Assembly: GCA_000320545.1 (NCBI GenBank)
Contig: ADNK01000782.1
Span: forward strand, 1 to 40,947
Origin: Bigelowiella natans CCMP2755
Taxonomy: Eukaryota; Protista; Cercozoa
Length of the DNA stretch: 40,947 nucleotides
Direction: 5' to 3'
Positions 13,485-27,659 of this stretch are shown here, in pieces. Made by a program: the position numbers and the translations under genes. Position 1 is the first letter of the stretch; every line of letters begins with the position of its first letter. The notes under the pieces were generated by a model, which saw nothing but the letters and a program-made list of their open reading frames with translations, was not told the origin of the DNA and ran no database searches.

Positions 13485-16400
13485 CTTCTTCTACTGCTAC
13501 TACTATTACTACTACTATTACTACTACTACTACTACCCCTCACTCGGTGGTTCTTGCTTCTCGTACTGGTAGGCGCTCGAAGATGGCGTTCGGGTTGGAA
13601 ACATACAGATGATGGAGAATAACGGAAAGCAACGAGCCAACTCTAAATACGATGACCAACAGGGGTAACCTAACACGCTCCTCCTCCACCTCCCCCCTTC
13701 ACCTCACAAGACTTCTCTAATACACTGCACAAGGTACTTCCTGGCAGAGGGAGAGGAAACCATTGGGGATAGATATCAACTGCTACATCGAGGAGGCAGG
13801 AAACGGCTGCTAGGGAAGGTACTTTTGTCCTTTTTGAGATTGCGAGCTATGATCACGATGATAGGTTATTAGGATATTAGTGTTGTCGTCGTTTTGAGTT
13901 AATTAACTACTAATTTATGCTGTTGCCAGGGATCATTCTCCACTGTTGTGAGAGCGAGGGATACGATGGTGAGTACTGATAGCTATCACTGTGTCAATTT
14001 TCCATGCTTTATCACTAGCGACGACAGCCTATGTTCTTCACCGCTCACTAATAAATGATGCAGGGGGATCGCGACGAAGTAGCAATAAAAGTTATTAGAA
14101 ACTATGGCGACATGTACCAGAGAGCTGTCAAGGAGGCCGATATCCTGACCAAAATACGTAAGACGATAGGAGAACTAGAAAGAAGAGAAGGATATGTACC
14201 CAAATTTTGCATGCTCTGTGGTAAAGTAGCATGTTACTGATTTCGATCACTTCTGGTCAACACTTCCTTTCGCCTTCACCTCCATCCCGTCAACACTTCG
14301 ATTCGTATAGACGATCAATGCTTTGGGCGCGTAATTGTTTTATGTAGGGGAGGGAGATCCGGAGAACAAGAACTGCATCGTCAGGTTCATTTCCAAGCTG
14401 GAGCACAAGTACTTTGCAATAGTAGTGCCGATCGTTGCGGAGCGATGTTGACCATCTCGCGTCCGTATCTTCACGTAGAAGCATTGTTCTGCTGCTCAAT
14501 AGCCGTTCGTTGTATATGTCGTTTTACGATAATCACCACCATCAACATCATCACCACCACGGCATTCCTCATCATCAGAACGCACCTCTGCTTGATCTTC
14601 GAGAGCATGGGCCAGAATCTCCGTGAGTACACGCGCAGGATGCAGTTTCAAACTGACCTTTTCACGGTAGTACATTGAGCGAATGTCAAGACCTCTGATA
14701 GCTGCCAGCATTGATTTGATCGTGATTTTTGCCTCATTGCTGCTGGCCAGATACGAAAGTTCTCGATGAATCTCCTCTTGGCTCTGAAGCAGCTCAAGGA
14801 AATGTTGTGACGACTAATACGACGATATGACCAGCCATAATGCACATGTTTGCCGTCCGTTTGGCTATTATCATCATCATCGAGGACGAGGAGGAGGCAT
14901 ACCTCTCGCCGAACCATCCCCCACCACTTTTGCATCAACACACACTGATATACTGATATCACAGTTTTTTGTTATTTTTACGAGCACAATTCTTATCATC
15001 ATGGTGCTACGATCATCATTATCATCGTCATCACCGTCATCATCGTTATCATCATCATCACCATGATTTGTGTGGGACCAGGGACTTAATCCATGCGGAT
15101 ATAAAGCCGGACAACATTCTCGTGAGCCATGACAAGGCGCAGATCAAGCTTGCTGATCTTGGAACGGCCTTTTATGAATATGAGATCGAGGTGAATGAGT
15201 GACGAATGGTGGATTAGTCAATGTAGAGGAAGGATGTTTTTTTGCAGTGTGATTGGGAGACGAAGAAAGAAGATAAATATATAATGCATAAGGAAAATAT
15301 GCTCGACATCTTCTCCAACATAAATACAAGCAAATACGAATCCAAGTCTCGATAAATTTCGTGAAATGTTTTTGCCCTTATCATGGTGAAATCCGGCGTT
15401 GTTGTTCATCAACAGCATTAAACTGAGGGCGTGTAGAAGAAATGAAGTAGTTACAACCGGAAGAAGAGACAAGTAAACGACGTCTTCCTCTCCTTCTCCT
15501 CCTACTCCCCCCCCCCCCCCCCCCCTTTGCAAACCTTAGGAAACCGACCTCTTAGGTTCCCGTTGGTACCGATCACCGGAGGTATGCTCCCACCATTTAT
15601 TCAATATATATTGCTTCAAGACACGAATATGGTTACACATCAGGTAATTCTTGGTCTTCAATACGACGCTTCTATAGATATGTGGGGCCTTGGATGCACC
15701 ATGTAATAATATCCTCACACTTTCATTACTACCCAAATCCAATTCAATTTCTCGCAGCAGTCTCACTCCTCGCCTCAACCCAAATCAACATCCACATTTT
15801 TGCACGATGCAATACAGATGCGAGCTGTTTAGTTGCCGGCCTTTGTTTCGTGGGAAGGACAACCACGAGATGCTGATGGAGTTCTGCAAATTAAGGTGGG
15901 TGGGAGAGGGGAGGCTCGGATAGGATATTCACTCGAATGAATATTTATTTATTGGTTAAATATTGAATTCTGTGTGCGTTTTATGGGTATGTTTGCATGC
16001 ATACGGCTTCTTCGTAGAGGCGGGATCCCTCCAAAGCTGCTGAAACAAGGCAAGTATTCTTCGCAGCATTTCGATGATGAAGGGCGCATAGCAGAGATGT
16101 CATACGACGAGAAGACTGGCAAGGCTAACCTTATCCGCTACATAAGGTGATGATCTGCAAGGGAGCAGTAAAATAAATGTATGGAATGTTGGTGGTTGTT
16201 GTCGTTGTTAGTTCTGATAGAGAGGAACTCCCTGCCTTAGCGTGCAATGTTTTCTTGCGAATATACGTCTCTGGGAAAACGGGTGATCATGATGATGTGG
16301 ACGATGACGATAATGGCAATGCAGGATACCGCGTCGCCCTGGAGAGCTATCTCGGGTCCTCCTAGAATCAAGATCGCTTTCATCCTCGAATATTCCAAAG

Positions 16401-16620
16401 ATGTTGGAGTCTTTCATAGGTAAGATTCGATGAAAAATTAGGAAAATAAGCGTACGAACGCCCTCTCACTTCGAATCATGTTCTTCATGCTTCAGTTCAT
16501 GATTACTCTGAGGTTTCGTTTTCAGATTTCGTCACGCGCATGTTGGAAGTTGATCCCTCGAGGCGAATAAAGCCTGCAGAAGCCCTCCGTCATCCATTCT
16601 TGGTTAACACGTGGCAGTAG
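11996..16620 (+). CDS. PRP4: PRP4/PRPF4B-like CMGC (DYRK-family) Ser/Thr kinase with Arg/Ser-rich N-terminus, ~16 exons
   Basis: RS-rich exon 1. Spliced kinase domain: YDDQQGYF, LGKGSFSTVVRARD, EVAIKVIRN, DPENKNCIVRF, HLCLIFESMGQNLRE, LIHADIKPDNILV, KLADLGTA, SRWYRSPEVILGLQYD, PLFRGKDNHEML, MLEVDPSRRIKPAEALRHPF, stop TAG at 16618-16620. All introns I traced are GT-AG and frame-consistent. Confidence 0.9.
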
Positions 16621-17138
16621 TTTACCAATCCAGGCGATTACAGAAGGCTTCGCCGAGTTTCATATTTATTTGTTGCACTACCTAGTCGATTTTGGAAAAT
16701 ATTTATAGCTGGTGCGCTCGCTAGCACAGATATGTCCACACTTCGATCGGTATATGTATATTTTATGGTGTTTGCTGTGCAGTCGCACTTGACTTGTGAG
16801 ACGGATGTAATGAAGTGATTAAATCTTTTCAATGGTCATGTGCTAATGTATATGCGCTTGCTGCTTGAGCATTTATGCCTTATATGTGGCATCATGAGTA
16901 TGAATGCAATGCGTGCAAATAATACGATCAACAAACAATCCGGTGCATGTACATATTACATACATCACTACTGCGCGTTATACTCTACATGCTAGCTGGC
17001 AGCAGGCGCATATCTCGCTCTACTAGCTCGCGCTTATTGTTTCCAATAATATATGTTTTTGTACGTGTATAGCTTAGTAGATTTGTAGCGATGTGAACTA
17101 GTTGTAAATGTATAAAACATGCCGCAATGACAACCCTG

Positions 17139-18086
17139 CTACGATCCTTCATCTTTTATCACTGCATATGGCTCTATTTTTTGGAAGTTTTGCTCTAATA
17201 TCGGAAGAATGCGAAGATGCTCCGGAAGTTCCCAGTCCTGAAAATATGTAAAGAAGAGTCATCTTCGTGTGAATTTCCGCACACGTATAAACATTTAAAT
17301 TACCTTGTATCTGCGATCCGAAAGGTATATTCTTCGGAGACGGCACGATGATATAATCTGTGGTCACAACAAATATTTAATTGCTGTGAAGGATCTCATG
17401 CGGAAAGCTGCTGACCTTTACTGATTCGCATGTCTTGAACTTACGACCGATGACACTCAATATATACTCCATGTCAATTTCAACCTGAGGGTATTTGTGA
17501 GTGCTGAATATCGCTAGATAATATGGCCAAAGTGGTTGTTGCAATCACCTTGTTCCAGCCTTTCACTAAAACCATTGGTATTGACACCGTCTTTCCCTAA
17601 TAAACAGATGTTATTGTTATTAGTGGAATATTCATATCATCATCATAACTGTTATTGTGTACTACCTGTAGTTTACAAATTGTGGAAGCAGTCGATGACG
17701 TAATAGTGTACAGGTTTCCGTCCATGGCCTTGCACTCCAGCTCAACGCCTTCAAGAGTTACGAATTCATTATTTCCCTGGATGTACTTCATCAAATTCCA
17801 TGGGCATGTGCACTAGAAAGTTTACATTTGTGTTTGTGTGTGTGTGTGTGTATGTCCGTGTACGTTCTAATATTTACAAACAATTTACCAGTATGCATGC
17901 CAATGTTCTTCAGCTGAAACGTTGCAATTGGGAACTTGGCTCCAATGCCTGTGTACCTATTGTGCGTGCAGAGCTATGTCACGACACTCTGCTTGAATAT
18001 TCATTCAAGTGGTGGAAACCTTTCTTCATCGGGAAATTGAACGTAGACATTGGCGTCCTTCACATTTGGAGCACTGGCAATCTGAG

Positions 18087-18124
<38 letters not shown>

Positions 18125-18726
18125 GGGGGGGCGGGGGGGGAGGGGAGAGAAGAAAGACAGAAAAAATTAACCTCACACAATCAATTGCCTCTTGTCGTAA
18201 ATAGTTGTCCTAATGTTAAATCTAAGACGCATAAAATTGCTAAGATCCGGGGGGGATTATTAATTTACCTCCACTACAGGTTCCTTGATGATTCGATCCT
18301 CAAGAAGATTTATCTATGACGAAGAGCAAAAGAAGTGTGTTGTGAATCACATCATCAGATCCGTATTTCACGAAACAAGCGGGAAGGTTGCACATGAATA
18401 TTGGGTCGTTCTTTGTAGCGATGATCTTCCTCCTCGGATGATGAGAAGAAACTGCAAAGGAAACGGCAGGAAAGAACAATACACAGTTTCATGCTCCTAC
18501 CTTGCCAATGCTCGGGTCTGGATCGGGTGTGCAGAACTTCCAGCCTTCGAAGCCAAAAGCACCCTCGTTGCCATAAGGGAGGACCTGGAGAATTCGGTTG
18601 AGAGTCGGTTGTTTCTCTGACGTCGCTGGGGGATCCGCCATTATTTCTGTCCAATTTTGAGATTTTAACCGCTTCGAATGAGAATAATAGCAGAAATGCC
18701 CTGGTATTTACGTACATTTTTTGCAT
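17139..18726 (-). CDS. CFAP20/BUG22 (DUF667)-domain protein, divergent paralogue
   Basis: Spliced translation includes INLLEDRIIKEPVVEIASAPNV, SIPMVLVKGWNKVEIDM and IISSCRLRRIYLSDRRYKDWELPEHL, matching the CFAP20 motifs P+.L..GWN.+..D+ and IHANCR+RR+YFSDR.Y...ELP. Start assigned to MQKMY at 18726 (tentative). Confidence 0.8.
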
Positions 18727-18922
18727 GACGTTACCCTCATGCGACAACAAATATTGGGCCAATATACTAGTATAAGCCACCGTAAACCAACAACGCCTAA
18801 GCCCTCAAAACCCTTCCGCATTCCCCCCCCAATTCCATCTCTATCGTTGAGCATCTTTATGCATCATCCACATTGAACATCCGGTAATATCTAGGAAAAA
18901 TCCAGGATAATATTGAGATGGA
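18727..18922. promoter_or_regulatory. Probable compact bidirectional promoter (~196 bp between start codons)
   Basis: Lies between the head-to-head starts of the CFAP20-like and JmjC genes. Inferred from geometry only. Confidence 0.4.
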
Positions 18923-21900
18923 ATGAGGTTGGTGCGATTGATGATGCGGTTGATTCGGTTGGGATTTGCCCTACTCGTATCTTTCTTCCTGCCGATGATG
19001 ATGTTTGCACCGTTATTACCACCTTTGTCGACGGCGACGACGACACTAGCACCGACGACAACATCATCGCACAGCAAGTCAGGATCGGCGCATTTCCCTG
19101 CAAACTCGGTGCAACCAGCTGGCGCAGGTTTGCAGTATTGGATCTGTCACAATGTTGGATCTGTCAACCCTTCGCTACTAAGTCTCCTCCTCCTCCTTCT
19201 TCTTCTTCTTCTTCTTCTTCTTGTTGTTGTAGGGGGGGGGACATGTCCTTATCCCAGACAGCATGTCCCTGCGAGTACGAAGGACAAAATTCGTAGAGGG
19301 GTGGAGCTTTTTAAGGAGAACAAGGTCTTACATATGTGGATATTGTATACTTGTACATCCCAAGCTCCTTGCAGGCGTGATAGCGCTCTGTTTTTTTTAA
19401 AATTGAAATCAGGACCTTGAAACCTCGTTGAAGTTGCTCAAGGAAGCAGAGCAAGAATGCTCCTTCGAAGTACCTCATGCAATGACAAATTTTTGGTCTT
19501 CTTTAATGGTGGCAGCACATAATCTCCGACTTTATGGTGGTGCTGCTTTCAGATATGCGACCCGCTTCTATACGTGAATCTCGCAAATGTGCATCAGAGA
19601 CTCGGGGATATGGATGCAGGTTATGTTGTCAATACATAAATACCTTTATATATATATTATTGAATTACATGCACAGTGTGGGCGTCGATAGCTACAATGG
19701 GTCATTCTGAGAGAAAATGCATTAAATCAATCAGCCGCAAAGCTCAGAGCACAGGTGCTAATCAAGATGCGGCAAGAGTTAGAAACATCGTTAACGTCGT
19801 CATCTGGAAGCAGCAGTACCTCGTGTTCTGCATCGGTGGAGGAGAGAAGAGAAGAGTTTCTAGTTTCAGGTAGATTATGATAGATGCAACAAGGCAGGGA
19901 CCTGCATAAAGGTGATTGTATTTTCCTCCAGCAACGAAGCTCTGCACGTCTTTGGCAGCGCATCATCGGAACATTCAAAAGGGTGCTATTAAATCATGAT
20001 AGTAATAATAACAGCAATAGGAAAGTGATGCCGGAGATCCGATTTCAGCTATTTTTTTACGGCAGTTATTGAGGAGATCCATAACGCTTATGAAGTCGTG
20101 GAAGATGTTACCGCCAAAAATGACGAAGAAGTTACTCCACAAGATCTTTTACTAGATCTTTGCACATGGGCCAACACCTTTAATGAGGTAGTAAAGCAGC
20201 AATTTACTGATAGGCCGCTAAGTATCGACAGCTCGCCATTACACATATGGTATACATAGGTGCCCCTGCTTGCAGCTGATGCACTCATGAAGGACGCACT
20301 CGGTGAGGAGATGATGATGATGATGATGATGCTGATGCTGATGACGATGATTATGCCTTTCATTCCAGCGATCAATTAGTATAAAGAGTCTTACACCACT
20401 CATTCGTGGCGTATTTTAGGAGAAAAGGCAACAGCAGAGAAGTTATTTCGGGTAGCTCGTTCGAAGTTATGCACAACAGATATCGATCTTTTTTGTTGTC
20501 TTCTTCTTTGTAGTGCAACCATTGAATTATTTAGTTTTATTCTCTTATTATTACTATTATTACTATTATTATTATTATATTCTCAGGTGCTACGAGACCG
20601 TTTGTGGGATTCGTACGAAGATGCTAATGTGAGTTGTCGTTTGTAGTATTACTCTAAGTTGGATGTTACTTTTAAGCATTCATATTTCTCTTTCTCTCTC
20701 TCTCTTTCCCTTTCTCTTTTTCTCAATCTTCAGCATGCTACATATGCATATGCATAATTCTTACTCAATTGCTCAGAAGAACGGCATGGGTGAAATCAAG
20801 TCTCCAGAAAGAGCAATCGGTGAATAAATAGTAGGAGTGAAAAGAAGAAATGTGGAGTCAATCGATCGATGGAGAGAATGTCATCGTAACATACATCTTG
20901 CACAATAATTTGCAATGACTTTCAGAATCATCGCACAGCTTTTCTTGCAGAGCTCAAAATTCGAAAAGATTCCGCATTATAATCTTTCTGTACTTGTGAT
21001 TGTCTCTTCTGGTTTCTTCTTCTTCTTCTTCTTATCAGGAAGCTTCTTGTCGCTAACACTCCCATACGCACGGCAAATTTGTAGAGGGGATGATACTCCT
21101 CCTCGACGCATAAAGAAAGACTACACACTGGAAGATTTGCGAACGAAGTATTATCCCTTTCCATACACCTGGGGTAATAACCAAACAATCGTCAGTTTCA
21201 AGATTTGAATGCTTCTCTTTCGAGGAGCAAAGCTACCTGGTCTCCTCCCCCAAATTGCTGTCGTGGTTTTTATCTGAACTTTTCCCCTGATCATAGGAGA
21301 GGAGGATGCAAGCGAGAAGGCCGCCATCTCGAAGATAGAACGTGGTGAGGCGGTCATTAATTGTCACCCATTCCCTACCCCTTATTTCCTCTGCCTTGGA
21401 TCTAAATTGATTTAACGATAAACAATTGTACCCATTGTCCTTCTACTCGTGATCATTCACACTTCCCACCACCAACCACGCCATTGGCAGAAGGCTGTAC
21501 TATTGATAGAAGAGTGAATCTTACTACCAAAGAGCTCCTCCGCCAGTACATTGATAAAGGTTCAGAGTAGACCCCTCTCTTGTAGCAGCAAGAATATTCC
21601 AAAATAATTATAGTAGTTGCAGGTTGTTGTTATGTAGGAGCACAGATGTGAACATGTAACTCGACGCATATGCACTTATTATTTGGCAGTTTGACACTAA
21701 ATACTTTTTTGAGCACTCACTCTTCTTTTTCTTAGAATGTTGTTTACCACCACTGCACTACCATCATCACAGTAATGGCAACTCAGAGGATATTAATTCA
21801 TCCAACGACGTTGCCCTACAACTACTACCACATCGTCTTAGTGTTCATCATCATCATCATCAGTATCATCATTATCATCATTATCAATTCTCATCAGGAA

Positions 21901-24014
21901 AGCCAGTCATAATCGGGGACTTACTTAAAGATTGGCCAGGTTATTTTAAATGCTGATCCGTATCTCCTATCAATATAACAACTCATCTGGTAATGTAAAC
22001 AACTTGCCCCTCCCCCCCCCACCCCGTTGGTTGATTGCTCCCTCCAGGACGTGTACAGTGCAGCAGGGCCAAGCTACTTGCTTCTCACGGCGATGATCAT
22101 GTAGCAGCACCCTCTTCCACTTAATCACATATCGATACTTACCTACTTATCTACCCGCACGTCACCTCCGTTTCTTCTTCTCATGCGCTCTCCTCCTCCT
22201 CCTCCTCCTCCTCCTCCTCCTCCTCCTCTTCTTTGTGAGCATTATTGGTCATAACCGGATGATACGACAAAAGGTGCGGGCAAAGATTTCACCAGATATA
22301 GTAGCTTATGGTAACCAAGATACGAGGGAAGGTCGTAGCTTCACACTATATTCCATGCCCCCCTCCCCCCTCCTCCTCCTTCCAAAGTTATATTAGTTGT
22401 TATACATGAATGGACCAGCACCTATAAGAGGGATAGGTTAATGGCGGAGTGCAATGTCTGATTGTTAGGATATTATCGTACCCACCCCCTTATCACCGTT
22501 GAGTCATACAACTACTGCTACTCTCATGATAGGTAGAGGCAAAGAGGATGAGGAGGAGGAGGAGAAGCTTGGAGAAGAGATGGACCTCCGTAGCTATATC
22601 TTCCTCATCGACGAATTGCAGATGGTAGCAGCATCGATTCCTTACCACGCGGTGCTCGGGGATGGCGGTGTTTCAGCCATTTCCCCTGTAGCTACTGGGA
22701 GGGAGGGGGGGAGGGAGGGAGAGGGAAAGAGCAAAGGAGAGAAAATTTTATAAATCAGTGCATGCGTCATGTATGCTGACTTTGGGGACAAATGCAGGCC
22801 AGAAATCATTCATCGTCAGAACGTGTGCCGCTCTATCTATTCACACGAGACTGGAAAAAATGGATGCTGGACTGGTAGTTTTAGTAGTAGTAGTAGTAGT
22901 AGTAGTAATAGTATTAAGTTGCTGCTATGCTGGTAGTGGTAGGTGGCAGGGCTATTGCGAGGAAGGGAAGATGGATGTGCCTTTTCCAATCCCAAATAAT
23001 CTCACGATGGTCCTGCTTTCTTTCTTTCTTTCTTTGTTTCTATACAACATGCTGTGTGTGTGTGCACAGCTTTCAGGATTTGGAGTTGTTCAACTCTTCC
23101 GTCTTCAATCGAAAGGAAGAGCGACAAAAGCTCTCATTCTTCTTCTTGGGTGCGACGGGCACTTGGACAGGCAATCTCGCTGTTTCTACTATTAACGATG
23201 ATGATGTTCCGTGCTGCTGTTGCTGATAAGAATGACGATGATGATGCAAGATACGCACATACTACATTCATGCATACTACACTGTTTTGGATTTGTCACA
23301 TCTTGTTGGCGACTGCAATCTCGCTCACTTACTTACGCGATGATGGATGAATGGAAGAATGAATGAATGGAGATTGCTAACAATGCTAGATTACCACTAC
23401 CACTCCAACGCCTACAATGTGGTCGCTTATGGAGCAAAGGTGGGTATTCACAACAGACAAAATTTGTTATTTGACAAGAGGAGGAGGGGGAGAGGGGGAG
23501 GAGGAAAATGTATTCACACTAGAATAGCGTTGCTGTTATCCCTGCAAACACCATTGATGTTCGAAAGGAGATACAAAAAAGCACCAATATTGTGATCCTG
23601 CAGCGCATCAGCCGTGACCATGTCGTAAGGCCACAGGCATCGCCGCTCTCTTTGCTTTCTAGATGTCCCCATTATCATTGCTATTATTATTCAGATTTCA
23701 CACATATCATCATCTCTCCTCCTCCTCCTCCTCCTCCTCCTCCTCCTCCTCCTTCTCCTCACCCTATGAGCAGGAGTGGCTACTGTTTCCTCCATCTCTA
23801 AATCTGGACACGAACATGCGTGCAGAATGGCACTCGCTGCCTAAGAATCGACGGGAATCCTATATGAAACACTACAACCCTCTTCGGTATTTATAGGGTG
23901 ATGATGATGATGATGATGATGATGCAATAGTTGCAGTAGTAACAGTAGTACTACCACAAATATGGCGAGGCAAGCACATCGCTGAAGCGAAATCATACGC
24001 TTTATGCAGTTGCA

Positions 24015-24050
<36 letters not shown>

Positions 24051-24572
24051 CCATATTTGTATGGTAAATACTTGTGTATTGATGTCAATTATATACAGGT
24101 GCGTGCAGTATGCTGGAGAGGTTATCTGGAGACACGTTTTATAACATGCTTCTCCTTACAGACAGACACCCTGCTAATCTGAAGACGACGACGAGTCGTG
24201 ATTGCTCGTCTTATTATTATTTTACCATGTCATTGGAGCAGGTGTTAGTTGTTCCCAGCTACTGGCCGCATGCTGTGCGAAACCATGGCGTTGTCTTAGG
24301 TGGTGAAGATGACGCACGCACTACTTTCATCATATTTATATAATAGTTAGTACGTCGATCCATGTTAGTTTTGATAGCCTCTGGTTAGCAAATACCCCAA
24401 GGTCTCGATTTTGCTGCTGCTAGGACTAAGATATCATATCTATGTGCCAGGTACTGCGTCGGAAGTCAGTGATACCCGAGGTCGGAAAGAGCGAACGATG
24501 AGTCAGAAGCGTTCAAAGAAGAAAGCAAAGCGAAAATCACGTCCAGCAAAGCGACGACAAAAGAAGAAATAG
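18923..24572 (+). CDS. Signal-peptide, TPR-like and JmjC (JMJD8-like/cupin) protein with basic C-terminal tail
   Basis: Hydrophobic N-terminus (IRLGFALLVSFFLPMMMFA). TPR-like helices (LYVNLANVHQRLGDMDA). JmjC motifs KPVIIGDLLKDWP, FFFLGATGTWTDYHYHSNAYNVVAYGAKEWLLFPP and VLVVPSYWPHAVRN. Last exon ends ...AKRRQKKK-TAG at 24570-24572. Confidence 0.85.
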
Positions 24573-25172
24573 TTGGTCTCTTGAGAGCTAGAGAGCTAGA
24601 GAGGGCGCTGCTGCACAATATGTAATAGCAGGCCTTGCATGTACGCTTCTGCAATACAACGCGTTAAATTTCATCATAAATTCTGTGCGTCAGCGTCTGC
24701 ATCTTAATGTGCTGTCTGTGCCATAATGCAATGAAGAATACGACGATAATGTCGCATATAGCTTGCAGAGGTGTGGCTTAATATACAAACGCTGCCGTGT
24801 ATAGAACATACTCCACATTTCATTTCCCCACACCGCTACATGAGGATGACCATTGAACAAATTCAATTTGATCGATTGCATCCGTCTTACAATGCCATGC
24901 GTGGACTGAGAAAATGAGGGCGCAATCGTTTTCTAAGAGCACGCATGTTCGACACGATTGAGAGCCGCATGTATACAGTACGCAGATAGTTTTGTAGCAT
25001 TAGATTGTGTTCTAAGATCCTAAATAATCATACGGTATGTGGTTTGTTATTTCTTAAATTAAATGATCGCGGCGTAACTTGGCAGTAAGTTGTAAAGAAT
25101 TATCATACATCACGCTGCATCGTTATCATTACTCGAAGAATAGGTTTAGTTGGTTTCCAGGGCGTCGTTCGA

Positions 25173-25801
25173 TCAGATACCCATGTTTGTCAGGTACTTT
25201 TCGAGCGACTTGACCGTTTTAGAATCGGCGTTCTGTATAGGGTTAAGGGTAGCAGCATTAGGAGTAGATATTGATTTGTAAGAAGCATACCAACACAGGG
25301 AAAATTTTCCAAAAGCGTTTGATTCTGTGGTCGCCATCGCGAACAAGAGAAGAATATACATCTAAGGATGATCCATATTTTGCTATCACATCCACTGCTG
25401 TGAGCAGCGAAGAAAGAAACGAGTTACCGACATGTATTACGACTTCTGCTACTACCAGCACTGAAATTACTACCTCAAGGTTGATTTTCAAGCGCTGTAC
25501 TACTCTTCCCCTTGACTTCTCCAGATTTTCTTTCTTAGGATCGTCGTACAAGCGGGTCCATAGTCCTCTGTTTGCAGTCATTGCAGTGGGCAGTTTTTCA
25601 ATTGCCATCAGCACCATCATTCGAGGAAGAAGAAGAAGAAGAAAAAGATGGAAAACACGATTGTAAAATAAAAGCATGCGGAATCTTCAAAAATCGATTT
25701 CAAGATGAAAAGAGCGGAAATACCGCCTCGCTACCATGACATCGTAGTTTTTCCTCAAAAATTGAAATTTGTGTATTATGGTAACATCAACATCATCATC
25801 C

Positions 25802-25834
<33 letters not shown>

Positions 25835-26754
25835 CCTGGATGTTGTGGCTCCTTGCGAGGGCTGTGATGCGTATACAAATAGGAGCGTGGCCTGCACCTG
25901 ATGATGTTCATCATCCAACCAATAACACATCAATATCGTCAGTTCGGAATATCTTCACCTCATACAAATCTACTGAACTGATAACTACTGCTTTTGCAAA
26001 TGCTTTAAGACTACCATTATTATTAAAATTATTATAATTCTCTTACCACAGTCACAGCGGCCAGGATCTCACTTCCGACAATAGCAGCGTTACGAAGACT
26101 TAGGAAGTACAAAGCTAGCAGGGATGCGACCTGATGTTGGATGGTGATAATGATAAGAATCACGACAACTTTGTAACAGGAATAGTATTTTGATTTGTCC
26201 TTATTAGTCATCATATAGTTGTTTTCTCTTCCCCCTTCTCCTTCTTCTCCCCCCCCCCCCCCTTTTCCTCCACTGGTTTTACCTTCGACATATTTTTGGT
26301 CACAGAAGATAGACGCTTTACCACCAAGCCTGACACCTATATAACAACCCAATATACCATTGATTATGACAGCGACCGCGACGTAATATAACAACTTGGA
26401 ACAAGCAAAAACCCCCACACTCGCAGCACCGTTGATAAGATCATTGACATCTCATCATCCATCTTGCTCTTTTCTTCGATGAGCATGAAGAAGAAGAAGA
26501 AGAAGAAGAAGAAGAAGAAGAAAGAAAGAAAAAGAAGATAAAATGAAGGAGAATTTGAAGAAAAGGCCTATATACGACGAATATCACACCCAGCTATCCG
26601 CCACAAGCACTAACAGAACGGCTATTGTCGAGCGATTCCATCCATGAAAGAACTGAGAATAGAGAAGACAGACAGATAGATAGGTAGGTAGGTAGGCGGA
26701 GAGATAATAGAGATGTTAAACAAAGAATTATGAAAATATGATGAAGAAATAAGA

Positions 26755-26802
<48 letters not shown>

Positions 26803-27117
26803 AATCTATCGTCAAAATCCTAGTGTTTCATCATGCAATACACAACACTGTTCTTCTCCTTCTCCTCCTCCTCCTCCTCCACCACCTCCACCTCCTCCTC
26901 CACTTCCTTCTTTCCGTTTTGTCTTACGTGGGCCATGCTGAAAGATGGGAGGAGGAGGAGGATGGCAAGGTTGGTCATTAGCTCGCCAGCTTTCATGTGA
27001 GCCTGGGCGATGTAGAATGGAACATTTCTGTTTGCCTTGTAGACCTAAGACACCACATCAATGGCGCGGAAGAAAAAGGCGTGAGGGAGCAGATGACACT
27101 GGGAGAGAGACGAAGGG

Positions 27118-27162
<45 letters not shown>

Positions 27163-27626
27163 AAGAGTAATACGTTACTGCTACCACTGTTACTAATAAA
27201 ACTGCAGCACAGCAATGAAAAAGGCGAGAGCACACACACACACACATACACACACACACACGCGCGCGCGCACAACCCTCTCTGCCAAGAGCGTGGCTAG
27301 GCAGTTGAAGGAGACCCATATCCCAATCGCTATCAACCCCGGTAAAGAACCGCTGGCAGCTGAGTGCACATATATAAACGGATGATATTTGGTGATATGC
27401 ATATCAGAGAGTATTGTATGTTGTGCACAGAATAACTACTGTCTATTTGTTGTTACCGGATGGGATCCCGGATTTGATTACCATGAAGCTGATAACGGTT
27501 GAAAACACCATACTAATAGCCTAATCGAGGAGACACAACAAAACCATCATCCTCCTCGTCCTCCTCCTCACCATTATCATCGCTGTAACTGTGTCAGTTG
27601 ACGATGGATTCTCGTAGATAGAAGGC

Positions 27627-27659
<33 letters not shown>

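Noticed and set aside
11996-16620. Possible alternative genetic code or widespread non-canonical (introner-type) introns to explain the fragmented ORFs
   Set aside because: The PRP4-like and CaMK-like genes splice fully in frame with GT/GC-AG introns and need no stop readthrough.
18172-18209. Exon-like DNYLRQEAIDC segment in the CFAP20-like gene
   Set aside because: Joining INLLEDRIIKEPVVE directly to IASAPNV fits CFAP20 spacing better, so it is treated as intronic.
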